The translations under genes and the position numbers were made by a program. Positions 27,389-42,304 of a stretch of DNA of 64,000 nt are shown here, one piece after another. Within the stretch, counting starts at the first letter, position 1; each line of letters starts with the position of its first letter. The notes beneath the pieces are model-generated. The model was not told where the DNA came from. It searched no databases and saw nothing but the letters and a program-made list of their open reading frames with translations. This DNA comes from Octopus sinensis (lineage: Eukaryota): the NCBI RefSeq assembly GCF_006345805.1, contig NC_043014.1:3286001-3350000 (forward strand). Reading direction: 5' to 3'.

Positions 27389-29070
27389 AATGGTGATGGT
27401 GTTGTTATTGGTGGTGGTGGTGGTGGTGTTGATAGTGGTGTTGTTGAAAGTGGTGGGTGGTGATGGTGGTGTTTGTTTTGTTGTTGTTGCTGCTGCTGGT
27501 GGTGGTGGTAGTGGTGGTAGTGGTGGTGGTGGTGGTGGTGGTGTTTTTGGTGGTAGTGGTAGTAATACAACCACTACCACTCCCCCATTACAACTATCAC
27601 CACCAGAAGTAACAGCAGAAACAACATCAGCAATAATAACCACAGTATCCTCCTCATCCTCCTCCTCGTCATCTTCATCTTCATCATCACCACTGCTTTC
27701 CTCCACCTCCTTACCATTATCATCACTATCATCCTCCATCTCCCCTTCTGCCTCCTCCTCTCTTTCCTATCATCATCATCATCATCATCGTCATCATTAT
27801 GATCATCATCATTATCATCATCACCATCACCATCATCATCATCACCACCATCACCATCATCATCACCATCATCATCATCACCACCATCACCATCACCATC
27901 ACCATCATCATCACCATCACCATCATCATCACCATCATCATCATCACCACCATCACCATCATCATCACCATCATCATCATCATCACCATCACCATCATCA
28001 TCATCATCATCGTCATCATCATCATCATTATCATCCTCATCATCCTCATCATCATCATCACTGACCAATCCAACAGGTAGTTTCACCCCTCAGCCAACCG
28101 GCCAGCAGACCAACCAACCAACCAGCCCGCCCACCCACCTACCTGTCTCCCCACCGCTCACTCCACCCTACTAGTGTGACTCCAATGGCTATCTGCTAGC
28201 CAAGTGCATTGCATGGTTGGCTATTTGGCTGGCCGGATGGCCGGATGGCTGGATGGCAAGATGGGTGGATGGGTGGCTAGCTGGTTAGCTTTGTCGGCTA
28301 ACGAGCTAGTTAATTTATTAGCTGGCTATCTGACTATCCGGCTACCTGGCAAGTTAGTTGTTCTGTTGCTCGTTTAGAAAGTCGCATTGATTTTGGTATA
28401 AAGCATGACTCACACCCGACTGGTTTGACCTAGGAGGAGTGGTGGTGGTGGTGGTGGTGGTGGTAGTAGTAGTAGTAGTAGCAGTGGTGGTGGTGGTGGT
28501 GGTGGTGGTAGTAGTAGTAGTAGTGTGGTGGTGGTGGTGGTGGTGGTGGTGGTGGTGGTGGTGGTGGCGGCGGCGGCGGCGGCGGTGGTGGTAGTAGTAG
28601 TAGTAGTGATGGTGGTGGTGGCAGTGGTGGTGGTGGCAGTGGTGGTGGTGGTGGTACTGGAGGTGGTAGTGGTGGTGGTGGTAGTAGTAGTTGTAGTGGT
28701 GGTGGTGGCAGTGGTGGTGGTGGTGGTGGTACTGGAGGTGGTAGTGGTGGTGGTGGTAGTAGTAGTTGTAGTGGTGGTGGTGGTGGTAGTAGTAGTAGTA
28801 GTGAGGGTGGTGGTGGCAGTGGTGGTGGTGGTGGTGGTGGTGGTGGTAGTAGTAGTAGTGATGGTGCTGGCAGTGGTGGTGATACTGGTGGTGATGGTGG
28901 TCATCATCATCGCTGTCATCACTGTCATCGTCATCGTCATTATGATGGTGGTTGCGGTAGTAGTAATGGAAGTAGTATTGATGATGATGATGGTGGTGAT
29001 TGTTGTTCCAGTGGTGGTATGGTAGAGGTGTTAACCGTGTGACTATTGGTTGTGATGGTAGTGGTTGTAG
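26880..29070. repeat. Compound trinucleotide microsatellite (GGT/GTT, then CAT/CAC, then GGT/AGT)
   Basis: Read directly. Confidence 0.9.
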
Positions 29071-29075
29071 TTCTG

Positions 29076-29495
29076 CAGGGTGTTGGGGCTAAATTGGACA
29101 GTTTGCATCAAAGGAAATGAAAACACAATGTCCCATCCAAAAATGAAAGGGTTTTAAAAAATCAAAAAAATCTCAGCTAGATTAGGGCTGGGAGATAACA
29201 GTTTACTCAAAGTAGCTGCCCTCAGCTTCCACCACAGCCCCAAGACGGCTCTGGAACCTGGTACATGCATTCCTCACTGTGTCCCTGGGAAGATCTTCAA
29301 ACACTTTCGTGATTTTGGCCCCAGATTTGCCTTCGTGCAGCCAGCAGAGCAGTTGGTGTCTTTCTCAATCACACCCTTTACATAGTAATCCATAGGATTA
29401 CAATTGAAGGAATTAGTAGGCCAGAAATTGGGGCTGGTGAAGTCGTAAAAATTCCCTGAAAACCACTTCTGACTTACTGAGATGTACTTGCATAG
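29076..29495 (-). mobile_element. maT/mariner transposase C-terminal remnant
   Basis: FWPTNSFNCNPMDYYVKGVIEKDTN resembles WPPNSPDLNPLDY.VWG; CAGGGTG TIR-like end. Confidence 0.7.
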
Positions 29496-31799
29496 CAAGT
29501 GACCTGATCTGATATTGTGTGCTGAAACGAAAACAATTGCAGCGTGGAAGGTGCTTATAAGCCATTTAAGAAACACAAAAACCGTTAGATTCACTTCAAC
29601 ATTAAAATTAAATTTGCCAAAATATTTTCGTCGCTTTCAGACCGCGACCTGTTCACTGACAAAATTTTGTGCAGCACGAAATTTTGTCAGTGAATATGGT
29701 TTCATATTTGTTTATAATTAAGATCTAAACAGTTGATATATGAATGTGAAAGAGATAGTAAAATAACTGTAAATCTAGTTTTGGGTAAGCCTTTATACAC
29801 ACACAAATATATACATTTTATCATCATCATCATCATCATCGTTTAATGTCTGCTTTACATGCTGGCATGGGTTGGACAGTTTGACTGAGGACTTGCGAGC
29901 CAGAGGCTGCACCAGGCTCCAATCTGATCTGGCAAAGTTTCTACAGCTGGGTGCCCTTCTTAGCACCAACCACTCTGAGAGTGTAGAGGGTGCTCTTTAT
30001 GTGCCACCAGCATGAGGGCCAGTCAGGCAGTTCTGGCAATGACCACACTCAAAGGTGATTTTACACGCTAACTGCACGGGAGCCAGTCCGGCAAGTTCGA
30101 AAGACGAACGAAAGCGCTAATATGAAAACGAAAATATAAAAATAAAATAAGTTCTTTCCAAAATTCTGACAGCGTTTTTTTTCAATATTCAATTCTGTAC
30201 ATCACACCTAACACTCTATACATATACACACACACACATATATATACGAGCAAAACGGCCCCCGTCCAATGGACGGTGCTGAGTTGTCAAACATTTAAAC
30301 CAAATTTTCTCAAAACAACTTGTCCCACTGTCCCATAGGCCTCCCCTTTGAGAAACACTGATTTAACCTAAATTTGAGACACCAGCAAAAAAAGAAATAA
30401 AGATTAACTTTTTTTCTGTTCCAAAGGAAAACAATTTTATTCACTTTATTGATCGCATTTCACATGGAATCGATTTTTGTAATTTTTTTCAAGACTTATA
30501 CACGCCCTGATACCATTGGTATCTACATATCACATTTGAGCGCAATCGGAGAGAGGATGCTTGAGATCCTAGAAGACACACAGACAGAACGGATTTTATA
30601 TAATAAATATATATATATATACACACATACATACATACACATACACACACACACAAACACACACACAGATACATGATAAAGAGGTTGCCTCATTGCGTTA
30701 GATGATAGTCATCTTACATTCAGTCCAGTTGCTTTGATCTACTTTCATCTCTACATGTAGACGGATGTGACTTTTCACATCACGCATCCACCACCATTAA
30801 ACTTCATAAAACAGACAACGGATCAAGAAATGAAACGAAGAGGGAGACATCTGGACATCATTGGATTTAAGGGACAAAAACTCGTACAATACTTTTGCCA
30901 CTCTCTCTTGGTCACCGTAGCAGGTTCCAGTCACAAGCATTGCAAGATGACCAGTAACTATTTTGTCTGCAAGTTTTCTGACAGAAGATCTTTCTCCTAA
31001 AAGAGCTGCCATCCTCCAACTTTATTAAAAGTAAAAATAAAAAGAACATTCGAGCGAGGTCATTGCCAGTATTGCTGGACTGGCTCCTGTGCAGGTGGCA
31101 CGTAAAAAGCACCATTTGAGTGTGGCTGTTGGCAGTACCACCAAACTGGCCCTCATGCCGGTGGTACGTAAAAGCACTCACTACACTCTTAGAGTGGTTG
31201 GCGTTAGGAAGGGCATCCAGCTGTAGAAACTCTGCCAGATCAGACTGGAGCCTGGTGCAGCCCCTGGCTTCGCAGACCCCGGTAGAATTTATTTTACCCT
31301 TAGATGGGTCCCTGAGAGGTGCTACCACTACGGGTTAGAACCGACTTGGGATTAATGGTTATTAAAGGGTGGCACCATGCTCCCTACAACTCCAGAAATT
31401 CCACACTGGAGTCACCCCATCATATACATACATATACATACACACATATATATATGCACACACTTATATATATAAATATCACATGATAATATGCTCAACC
31501 AGACTATCAGGTGTTATTCATCACTGGTCACAATGCGCTTTCCGTCGTTTTAGCTTTTGAATGATGCTACCCTGCTGGCTGGGTGAGCAGGCCGACATTG
31601 CCCCTGATTGGAATGCTATTCTGTCACAGGGTGTACCTGTTTACAGCTGTAAGGACCGGAGCAATGTGAAATGAAGGGTTTTGCTCATGAACGCAATGGG
31701 CAGCTGGGTGTGAGAATTGAACCCATGATCTGACGATTTTGAATGCAACACCCTAACCACTACGCTATGTGCCCTCGCATATATGTAGATATGTCAATG

Positions 31800-31949
31800 T
31801 ATGTATGTATGTATGTATGTATGTATGTATGTATGTATGTATGTATGTATGTATGTGTATGTATGTGTGTTTGTATGTATGTGTATGTATGTATGTTTGT
31901 ATGTAAGTGTGTATGTATGTATGTATGTATGTATGTATGTATGCATGTA

Positions 31950-31980
<31 letters not shown>

Positions 31981-32059
31981 ATGTATGTGTGTATGTATGT
32001 ATGTATGTATGTGTGTGTGTGTATGTATGTATGTATGTATGTATGTATGTATGCATGTA

Positions 32060-32092
<33 letters not shown>

Positions 32093-32373
32093 ATGTGTGT
32101 GTGTATGTATGTATGTATGTATGTGTGTGTGTGTATGTATGTATGTATGTATGTATGTATGTATGTATGTATGTATGTGTATGTATGTATGTTTGTATGT
32201 AAGTGTGTATGTATGTATGTATGTATGTATGTGTGTGTGTATGTATGTATGTATGTATGTATGTATGTTTGTATGTAAGTGTGTATGTATGTATGTATGT
32301 ATGTATGTATGTATGTGTGTGTGTATGTATGTGTGTGTGTATGTATGTATGTGTGTATGTATGCATGCATGCA

Positions 32374-32411
<38 letters not shown>

Positions 32412-33383
32412 CCATATATTTGTTCGTAAATGGTAGTTTTTGAGGAGCAAAAGCCGTGCAGTAGTTTTCAAAGAGAGAAAACACAAACACATAGGATGCC
32501 AGGATTGGAAAGTGGTGGCTGCTGTGTGTATGTGTGTGTGTATGTGCGTGTATGCATGAATGTGTGTGTGTATGTATGTGTGAATGTATATATGTATATG
32601 TATGTATATGTATATGTGTGCGTATGTATATATGTATGTGTGTATGCATGTGTGTATGCATGTGTGTATGTATATATATGTATGTATGCATATTTGTATC
32701 TATATGTATGTATGTATGTATGTATGTATGCATATGTATGTGTATGTATGTATATGTGTGTGAATGTATATATGTATGTGTGTGTATGTATGTATGTATG
32801 TATGTGTGAATGTATATATGTATGTGTATGTATATGGATATGTGTGTATGCATGAATGTGTGTATGTATGTGTGTATGTATGCATGTGTGTATGTATGTA
32901 TGAATGCATATGTATGTATGTATATATGTATGTATATGTATGTATGTATGTATGTATGAATGCATATGTATGTGTATGTATGTATATGTATATGTGTGTA
33001 TATGCATGTATGTTTGTATATGTATGTATTTATGTATGCATGAATGCATCCACGTATGTATGCATCTTTGTATGCATGTATGTATATACATATGTATGTA
33101 TGTATGTATATATGTACGTATGTATGTATGTATGAGTGTATGTATGTATGTATGTATGTGTGTGTGTGTCTTTTCCAGTCTCACAAACACGCATTCATAT
33201 GCACACTGGCATAAAGACATTCACACACTTACACACGCACACACACACACTTACACACACACACACACACACACACATTCACAAACACACACGTGCTTTT
33301 ACAATAATCCATATACTTACACAAGTGCACAAATTATCACACACACACAGAAATATACACACACGTGCGCACTCACGCACACT

Positions 33384-33414
<31 letters not shown>

Positions 33415-33591
33415 CAGCCATTCAACAACCAATCAATAAATAGAGAGAAAGAAAAGAAGTTGCTGTTTTTTTTTCACTAACCAATTCAATAATAACAACA
33501 ACAACAACAACAGCAATAACAACAATAAAGCATTCTTTTGTAAAGGAGATTGGAAATGGCTGTTTGTGCTTGGCAGTAATTTATCAACAAC

Positions 33592-33627
<36 letters not shown>

Positions 33628-33659
33628 GTCGTCATTCTAACCCTCTTCTCCTCCGTCAC

Positions 33660-33690
<31 letters not shown>

Positions 33691-34026
33691 TTAAACCTCA
33701 TCGGCATATTCACCACTACCACCACCTCCTCCACCATCGTCATCATCATCATTATCATCACCATCACCATCGTCGTCGTCGTCGTCATCATCATCATCAT
33801 CATCATCATCATCACCATCACCATCATCATCATCATCATCATCCTCATCATCATCATCCCCATCATCATCACCACCACCACCACCACCATCATCATCATC
33901 ACCTTCATCATCATCATCATCACCATCATCACCATCATCAACATCATCATCATCATCATCGTCATCATCGTCATCATCATCATCATCACCACAACCATCA
34001 TTATCATCACCATCACCGTTGCCGTC

Positions 34027-34058
<32 letters not shown>

Positions 34059-34468
34059 CATTCTAACCTCTTTCTCCTCCGTCACCATCACCATCATGAT
34101 CATCATCATCACCTCATCGGCATATCCACCACTACCACCACCTCCTCCACCATCACCATCGTCATTATCATCATCGTCATCGTCGTCGTCGTCATCACTG
34201 TCACTATCGCCATCATCATCATCATCATCATCATAATCACCAACACTACTATCTCCACTGCCACCACTCCAAACACCACCACCACCATCATCATTATCAT
34301 CATCGCAACCACCACCGCCACCAACACCAACAACAGCAACAACAATCATCACACACACCCACCACACACACACACTTCCTGTTAGACATTATTCTGTTGG
34401 GATGTTTTGGTAAAATGTATATTTTTTTCATCACATAAAACGCCATCAAGGCCACTACTGCTACTGCC

Positions 34469-34499
<31 letters not shown>

Positions 34500-34770
34500 A
34501 TGAGGATGAGGATGGTGATGATGATGATGATGTGGTTACCAAATTTTGTATTTTTTTACTTTTGTTTTACCATCTATAATTGCATATTGACATGGATTGC
34601 ATATTACTTTAATCACACACACATACCCATATATACATACATACATATATATATATATATACATACATACATACATACATATATACATATATATATATAC
34701 ATACATACATACATATATACATACATACATAACATAATACATACATATATACATATATACATATAAATAA

Positions 34771-34803
<33 letters not shown>

Positions 34804-34821
34804 CTATATTATATATATATA

Positions 34822-34858
<37 letters not shown>

Positions 34859-34863
34859 TATAG

Positions 34864-34897
<34 letters not shown>

Positions 34898-35000
34898 CAT
34901 ACATATATATATATATATAATATATATATATATATATAATATATGTATGTATTAATATGTATGTATGTATGTAATATTATATATATATATATATATATGC
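31800..35000. repeat. (TATG)n, (TG)n, (CAT)n and (TA)n microsatellites
   Basis: Read directly. Confidence 0.9.
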
Positions 35001-35673
35001 TGTTCTGTACAACCTGCAACTACTTGCATCATGCTCCTGCCCCTTTCTTCTCTTCCACCCACCCACCCATGCTCTTCTGACATCATCAAGCTCTCTTCTA
35101 ATCTCCTACTTGGCCACCTGGGTAAATGCATACAACCAAAGGTTATTATGTACTCCCAACACTTATTGGCTCCCCCCACCCACTTCTGGCCCTGCTGCTA
35201 CCATTGCCCCCCCAACCACCACCACCACCACCACCACCATTATTTCCCCTTCCCTGGTCGACATGTTTGAGCCCTGAATACTCTTTATTTTAAGCTGTGT
35301 ACAAGACACTACCCGTCCCCTGCTCTGTTGGTTCCAGCCAACAATCCCGGCTCCCTCAAATAGACTAGAAACAACCAAGCTGGTGCTGCTAAATACACCC
35401 AACGCACCCTGTGAAATGGTTAGCAAAATGAGCAATGAATGTATAGGGTTCTGAAGAGCTTTTATTCGGCTTCTTTAGTGTTGGCACCCTGAAAAACACA
35501 TCCAGTACTTTAGGTAAAGGGGTCTGTGATTGAAGGGTGTCGTTTAACATGTCTTCTACAGATAGAATGATTTGACTGGAGCAAATGGGCCAGAGAACTG
35601 CATTCAAACGCCAATGTCTGTTTTGGAATGGTTCTTCAGCATGTAATGGGTGTTTTTTACTTGGTACCAACAC

Positions 35674-37140
35674 CTGTGCCGGTGGCACATAAAAAGCACC
35701 ATCCAAACGTGGCCGATGCCAGCACCGCCTCGACTGGCTTCTGTGCCGGTGGCACATAAAAAGCACCATCCGAACGTGGCTGATGCCAGCTCCGCCTCGA
35801 CTGGTTTCTGTGCCGGTGGCACATAAAAAGCACCATCCGAACGTGGCTGATGCCAGCTCCGCCTCGACTGGTTTCTGTGCCGGTGGCACATAAAAAGCAC
35901 CATCCGAACGTGGCTGATGCCAGCTCCGCCTCGACTGGTTTCTGTGCCGGTGGCACATAAAAAGCACCATCCGAACGTGGCTGATGCCAGCTCCGCCTCG
36001 ACTGGTTTCTGTGCTGGTGGCACATAAAAAGCACCATCTGAACGTGGATAGCCAGCTCCGCCTCGACTGGTTCTCTGTGCCGGTGGCACATAAAAAGCAC
36101 CATCCGAACGTGGCTGATGCCAGCTCCGCCTCGACTGGTTTCTGTGCCGGTGGCACATAAAAAGCACCATCCGAACGTGGCTGATGCCAGCTCCGCCTCG
36201 ACTGGTTTCTGTGCTGGTGGCACATAAAAAGCACCATCTGAACGTGGCTGATGCCAAGCCGCCTCGACTGGTTTCTGTGCCGTGTGGCACATAAAAAGCA
36301 CCATCCGAACGTGGCTGATGCCAGCTCCGCCTCGACTGGTGTTTCTGTGCCGGTGGCACATAAAAAGCACCATCCGAACGTGGCTGATGCCAGCTCCGCC
36401 TCGACTGGTTTCTGTGCTGGTGGCACATAAAAAGCACCATCTGAACGTGGCTGATGCCAGCTCCGCCTCGACTGGTTTCTGTGCCGGTGGCACATAAAAA
36501 GCACCATCCGAACGTGGCTGATGCCAGCTCCGCCTCGACTGGTTTCTGTGCCGGTGGCACATAAAAAGCACCATCCGAACGTGGCTGATGCCAGCTCCGC
36601 CTCGACTGGTTTCTGTGCCGGTGGCACATAAAAAGCACCATCCGAACGTGGCTGATGCCAGCTCCGCCTCGACTGGTTTCTGTGCTGGTGGCACATAAAA
36701 AGCACCATCTGAACGTGGCTGATGCCAGCTCCGCCTCGACTGGTTTCTGTGCCGGTGGCACATAAAAAGCACCATCCGAACGTGGCTGATGCCAGCTCCG
36801 CCTCGACTGGTTTCTGTGCTGGTGGCACATAAAAAGCACCATCCGAACGTGGCCGATGCCAGCACCGCCTTGACTGGTTTCCGTGCCGGTGGGACGTTAA
36901 AAGCACCAACCGATTGTGGCCGATGCCAGACTCCCCTGGCACCTGTGCCGGTTGCACGTAAAAAGCACCCACTACACTCACGGAGTGGTTGGCGTTAGGA
37001 AGGGCATCCAGCTGTAGAAACACTGCCAGATCAGACTGGAGCCTGGTGCAGCCCCTGGCTTCCCAGACCCCGGTAGAACCGTCCAACCCATGCTAGCGTG
37101 GAAAACGGACGTTAAACGATGATGATGATGATGATGATGA
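35674..37140 (+). repeat. 67-bp tandem array (18 near-identical units plus diverged units) inside a family-D retroposon
   Basis: Unit CTGTGCCGGTGGCACATAAAAAGCACCATCCGAACGTGGCTGATGCCAGCTCCGCCTCGACTGGTTT from 35674 to 36880, followed by the family-D 3' end and a (GAT)n tail. Confidence 0.92.
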
Positions 37141-37588
37141 TTAGTGTGGACACCATGTAGCTTGCAAGACAAGGAACAAAGAAGCCACCTCACCTGTAAT
37201 AAAGGGAGAGAAAGTGGCTTCATGTCAGGTGTTTAGAGTTTCTTTTTGTTTGTTCCTTCTCGAGCCATGCCTGGCTCATAAGGGCCGGTTTCCCGGTTTC
37301 CTTGGCTTATAGGTTCCCTATAGCAGACCAAAAATCTACAGAAGAAATGATTTCGTTTGCTTATGGTTGTTCTTGTTGTTATTGCCGCTGTTGTTCCTGT
37401 TCTTAAGGTCAATTATATCGAAGCTGTTCGATTTTGCCCCCTCCCCCCTCCTCTCCTGTTTACCTCCCTCCATATTTACTTTACAATTTGTGGTTTCGAT
37501 ATGACTTCATTATTAATATCATCATCATCATCATCACCATCATCATCACCATCACCATCACCATCACCATCATCACCATCACCATCAC

Positions 37589-37669
<81 letters not shown>

Positions 37670-38116
37670 CAGAGACATTTTATTCTATTTTCAACACATC
37701 AAAAACTCTAACACTTCAAATCACTATCATCATCATCATCATTATCATCACCAACGCTACCATTGCTGCCATGTTTATCGTTATATGTTTATCAATCTCA
37801 TCGTATATTTATCATCATCATAATCATCATCATCATCATCGTCATCATCATCATCATTGTCGTCATCACAATCATCGTCCTCGTGGTTGTCAGTGACATC
37901 CAGATCAGCATCATTATCATCTCCATCTTCAAAAGAAATCGTTATTTTTTTATTTTCAATGTTTTTCCACCAAATTTCAAACCTTCAACACGTTAGATCA
38001 CCACCCTCAACATCACCACCATCAACACCAACTTCTTAAACATCATCATCAACATCATCAGCCTCAACACCACATCACCATCAGTACCATCAAAGTCTTT
38101 ATCAATATCGTTATTA

Positions 38117-38175
<59 letters not shown>

Positions 38176-38439
38176 GTAAAGGCAGTGAGAAAGGCAGAAT
38201 TTTTAAAATGCTGAATGAAAGGCTTAGCAGTATTTCACCTGTTGCTTCATTCTGGGTTCAAATTCCGCCGGGGTCAACTTTGCCTTTCATCCTTTCGGGG
38301 GTTGATAAATTAAGTACCAGTTGAGTACTGGGGTTGATCTCATTGACTTAACCCTCTCCCTCAAAATTTCAGGCTTTGTACCTACAGTAGAAAGGAATAT
38401 TGATATCATTGTTAACCCTTTCGTTACTGTATTTACTCA

Positions 38440-38698
38440 TCCAGAGACCCCAAGAGATACCAACTTAGAAGTTCATGTTGGTGTTAATGCCTAGGGTGTC
38501 TTATATTTGGTTTTGTACATAGTGTTGTTCTAGAGAATGTTTAAGAAACCGTAAGAAAATTATGTTTGTTTTAAATCTTGAGATTACATAGAAAGTATTT
38601 TGCATAGAAAGTATATGGGCAGTTCCCATGAGTACTATCTTCTGAATTTTTGCCATTTTGGGGTTTCCTGGCATCTGAGCTAGGTATCAATCAGCCCC

Positions 38699-38700
<2 letters not shown>
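38440..38700 (-). mobile_element. R4/Dong-clade LINE 3' end
   Basis: YLAQMPGNPKMAKIQKIVLMGTAHIL; abuts a (TTA)n run. Confidence 0.65.
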
Positions 38701-38738
<38 letters not shown>

Positions 38739-39914
38739 CATTATTGTTGTTGTTGTAGTTGTTGTTGATGATAAAACCATTAGAATATTGGGAAAAATTC
38801 TTTGCATTATTTACTTTTGACCCTTCATGATCGGAGTTCAAATCCAACTGAAATTAACTTTACCTTTTATCCTCTGGGGTAGATGGCAATTCAGGGTGCA
38901 TGGTTCCTTATTGCAGAAACGGCTGTTGACTAATAAGTGATTACATAACTCCTGTTCATTTGTCATTAATTAATTAATTAATTAATTAATTAATTAATAA
39001 TACACTCTGTACTGACTGCTGGTTCATATAAGAGTCTGGGTGCAGAGAACATCAGTCAATTCCCATCTCCTCAGCACCAGCCCTTACTAATCATGTAAAC
39101 TATTAGATTATTAATAACAACTGGTTATCGGTACTATTATGGAGCTTTTAAAATAAGTTAACTTCAACTTATTTTATTTGAATTAATTATTTAATCAATT
39201 AGTTAATAATATATCACAATTCTATAATTATACATTTAGTGATGTTTATCTTAATGAAACAGCTGCTGAACACAAAATATAGAGTGAACATGAGATTTAG
39301 TCTTTTCTGCTTTAATTCTAAATATATTGATCTTAAAGATAACTTTATCTGACTATGCATATAAATGCAAGTCAATTCAATGTAATAATGGTTTCAAAAT
39401 TTTGTCACAAGGCCAGCAATTTTAGGGAGGGGATTAAGTTGGTTAAATTGACCCCAGTACTCAACTGGTACTTGTTTTATCAACCTTAAAAGGATGAAAG
39501 GCATTGTTCACCTCGGCAGAATTTAAACTCACAACCATAAAGATGGATGAAATGCTGCCAAACATTTTACCCAGCACAGTAACGACCCTGCTACCTTGTA
39601 AAAATGCATTGTAGCTTAACGAGCTGTTATTCATTAAACTCTTAATTACTGTAGGTTTATTTTTTGGACGTTTATACATCAATTCTCTATATAGATGTAT
39701 GTTTATATAGATGTGCTCAGACATCGTGAGACTAATAAACTAGTGTAAAACTCAATATACATACACTTCAGAACAAAGCATTTGTTGAGCTCAGAGTGAG
39801 AGACTATTGCAACTTGTAGCCGAAACAGCTGTAAGCCAATGAGGTTCATAGAATAATTGTTTGCTCCTTTGTTATCTAGTTTTCAATAGAATATATAATA
39901 TATATTATATTATA

Positions 39915-40320
39915 TATACTCTTTACTCTTTTACTTGCTTCAGTCATTTGACCACAGCCATGCTGGAGCACCACCTTTAGTTGAGCAAATCGACCCCAGG
40001 ACTTATTCTTTGTAAGCCTAGTACTTATTCTATCGGTCTCTTTTGCTGAACTGCTAAGCTAACACACCAGCATCGGTTTTCAAGCGATGTTGGGGTGGGG
40101 ACAAACGCAGACGCACAAACATATATACACACACATACATACACACATATATATATATATACATACTGGGCTTCTTTCAATTTCCGTCCACCAAATCCAC
40201 TCACAAGGCTTTGGTCAGCCCGAGGCTATAGTAGAAGACATTTGCCCAAGATGCCACGCAGTGGGACTGAACCCTGAACCATGTGATTCGTAAGCAAGCT
40301 ACTTACCACACAGCCACTGA
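39915..40320 (-). mobile_element. SINE family A
   Basis: Reverse complement of 15449-15865. Confidence 0.85.
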
Positions 40321-40701
40321 CTCTCTTATCAAATGGCATTGAAGTGTCTATTATTGGTTCCTTGGTTGCCCCTGGGTGGCCTTTTCTCTTCCTGTTGGGG
40401 ATTTTGTTGGTTGCAAATTGTTATTGCTTTATTCGTTAGATGTGTGTGTGTTTACCTGCATAGAACACAATGTTTCCATGTAAAATTCCCACAGTCCTTT
40501 GTCTTTGAATTGTCCCAAACATTCTTTACAGCCCTTGTGGCCTATAAAGAAAGTGTTATCCTTCACCTCCTCCTTCTCCCCCTTCTCATCCTCCTCCACC
40601 TTTTCATCATCATTATCATCACCACAACCGCCACCATCAGGATTGCCACAACTGCCACCACCATCATCATCATCATCATCACCATCATTTTCCTTATCAT
40701 T

Positions 40702-40732
<31 letters not shown>

Positions 40733-41089
40733 CCATCATTTTCCTTATCATTATTATCATCATTATTATTATTATCATTATTCCTGTCTTGTAAAAGAAA
40801 CCATTATTATTGTTATTAGTATTTTTCATCACCAAATCAAAAACTTCAACACATTAGATCAACACCTTCACCATCATCATCATCGTCATCGTCGTTATTA
40901 TCACCTTTTATTATTATTATTAGTAGTAGTAGTAGTAGTAGTATCACCATTCCTATTGCGATTCTTTCTGTTGTTGTTGTTGTTGTTCCTGTTCAGCAAA
41001 TCAAAACTCCAAACCAATTGTAATGAGATTATTTCAATAACAATTCTCAGATTTTTTCCCCCTGCTATCACATTGACTGTGTGTACGTG

Positions 41090-41240
41090 AGTGTATGTGT
41101 GTGTGTGTGTGTGTGTGTGGGGTGTGTGTGTGTGTGTGTGTTGTTGTTAGATACACACATACATCTACACACACACACACACTATGTATATATATATATA
41201 TATATGTATATGTATATGCATATATATGTATATATATATG

Positions 41241-41271
<31 letters not shown>

Positions 41272-41272
41272 C

Positions 41273-41309
<37 letters not shown>

Positions 41310-41539
41310 GTATGTATGTGTGTGGTACGTGTGTGTAGGTGTAGATGTGTGTACCTACATAAGGACAAATTGTGCATGTGCCTACATATATGTTATATAT
41401 ATATATATATACATACATACATAGATACATTATATATATATATTATATACATACATACATAGATACATATATATATATATATATACATACTACATACATG
41501 ATATATATCTATATATATATTATATACATACATACATAG

Positions 41540-41583
<44 letters not shown>

Positions 41584-41824
41584 TATATATTATTATACAT
41601 ACACTCATGCACACATGCACACATGCATATGTATATATGAATATGGAAGCACTGCCACACTCACCATGTCTATAGGTGCATATGTGTGTGTATGCGTGTG
41701 CACACTTATACATGTAATATATATACAGGAAAATCTTTGGTTTATGTTAAATCAAGTATACATATAAGTACCTTTGCATAAGAATTCTCTCTCTCTCCCT
41801 CTCACTCTCTCTATCTATCCATCA

Positions 41825-41857
<33 letters not shown>

Positions 41858-42129
41858 GATATTATATATAATATATATTATATATATATATTATATTATA
41901 TATATATATATATAATATAGATAGATATAGATATAGATATAGATAGAGAGATAGATAGACAGATATTAAAGTATGTATATATATGTATTTATATATATGT
42001 ATTATATTTATGTATGTATACATATATGTATATGTATATATTTTAGTATGCATATATTATTTATGTATTATATATGTGTATATATATGTAGTATATATAT
42101 ATATATATAGATATATATATATATATAAT

Positions 42130-42166
<37 letters not shown>

Positions 42167-42216
42167 AATATATACATATATATATACATATATATATTAT
42201 ATACAATAGATATACA

Positions 42217-42304
<88 letters not shown>

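Noticed and set aside
30797-31012. 71-aa minus-strand ORF in non-repetitive sequence
   Set aside because: No recognisable domain or convincing splice sites.
27151-34385. Poly-His, poly-Asp, poly-Thr and poly-Val ORFs
   Set aside because: Trinucleotide microsatellites open in several frames, with no splice or domain support.
35389-37086. 565-aa repeat protein or CRISPR array
   Set aside because: 67-bp unit not divisible by three, with indels and no spacers; lies inside a retroposon.
39045-39080. Minus-strand CTGAGGA..GAAA
   Set aside because: Only 5 nt between the boxes and no stem I or II.
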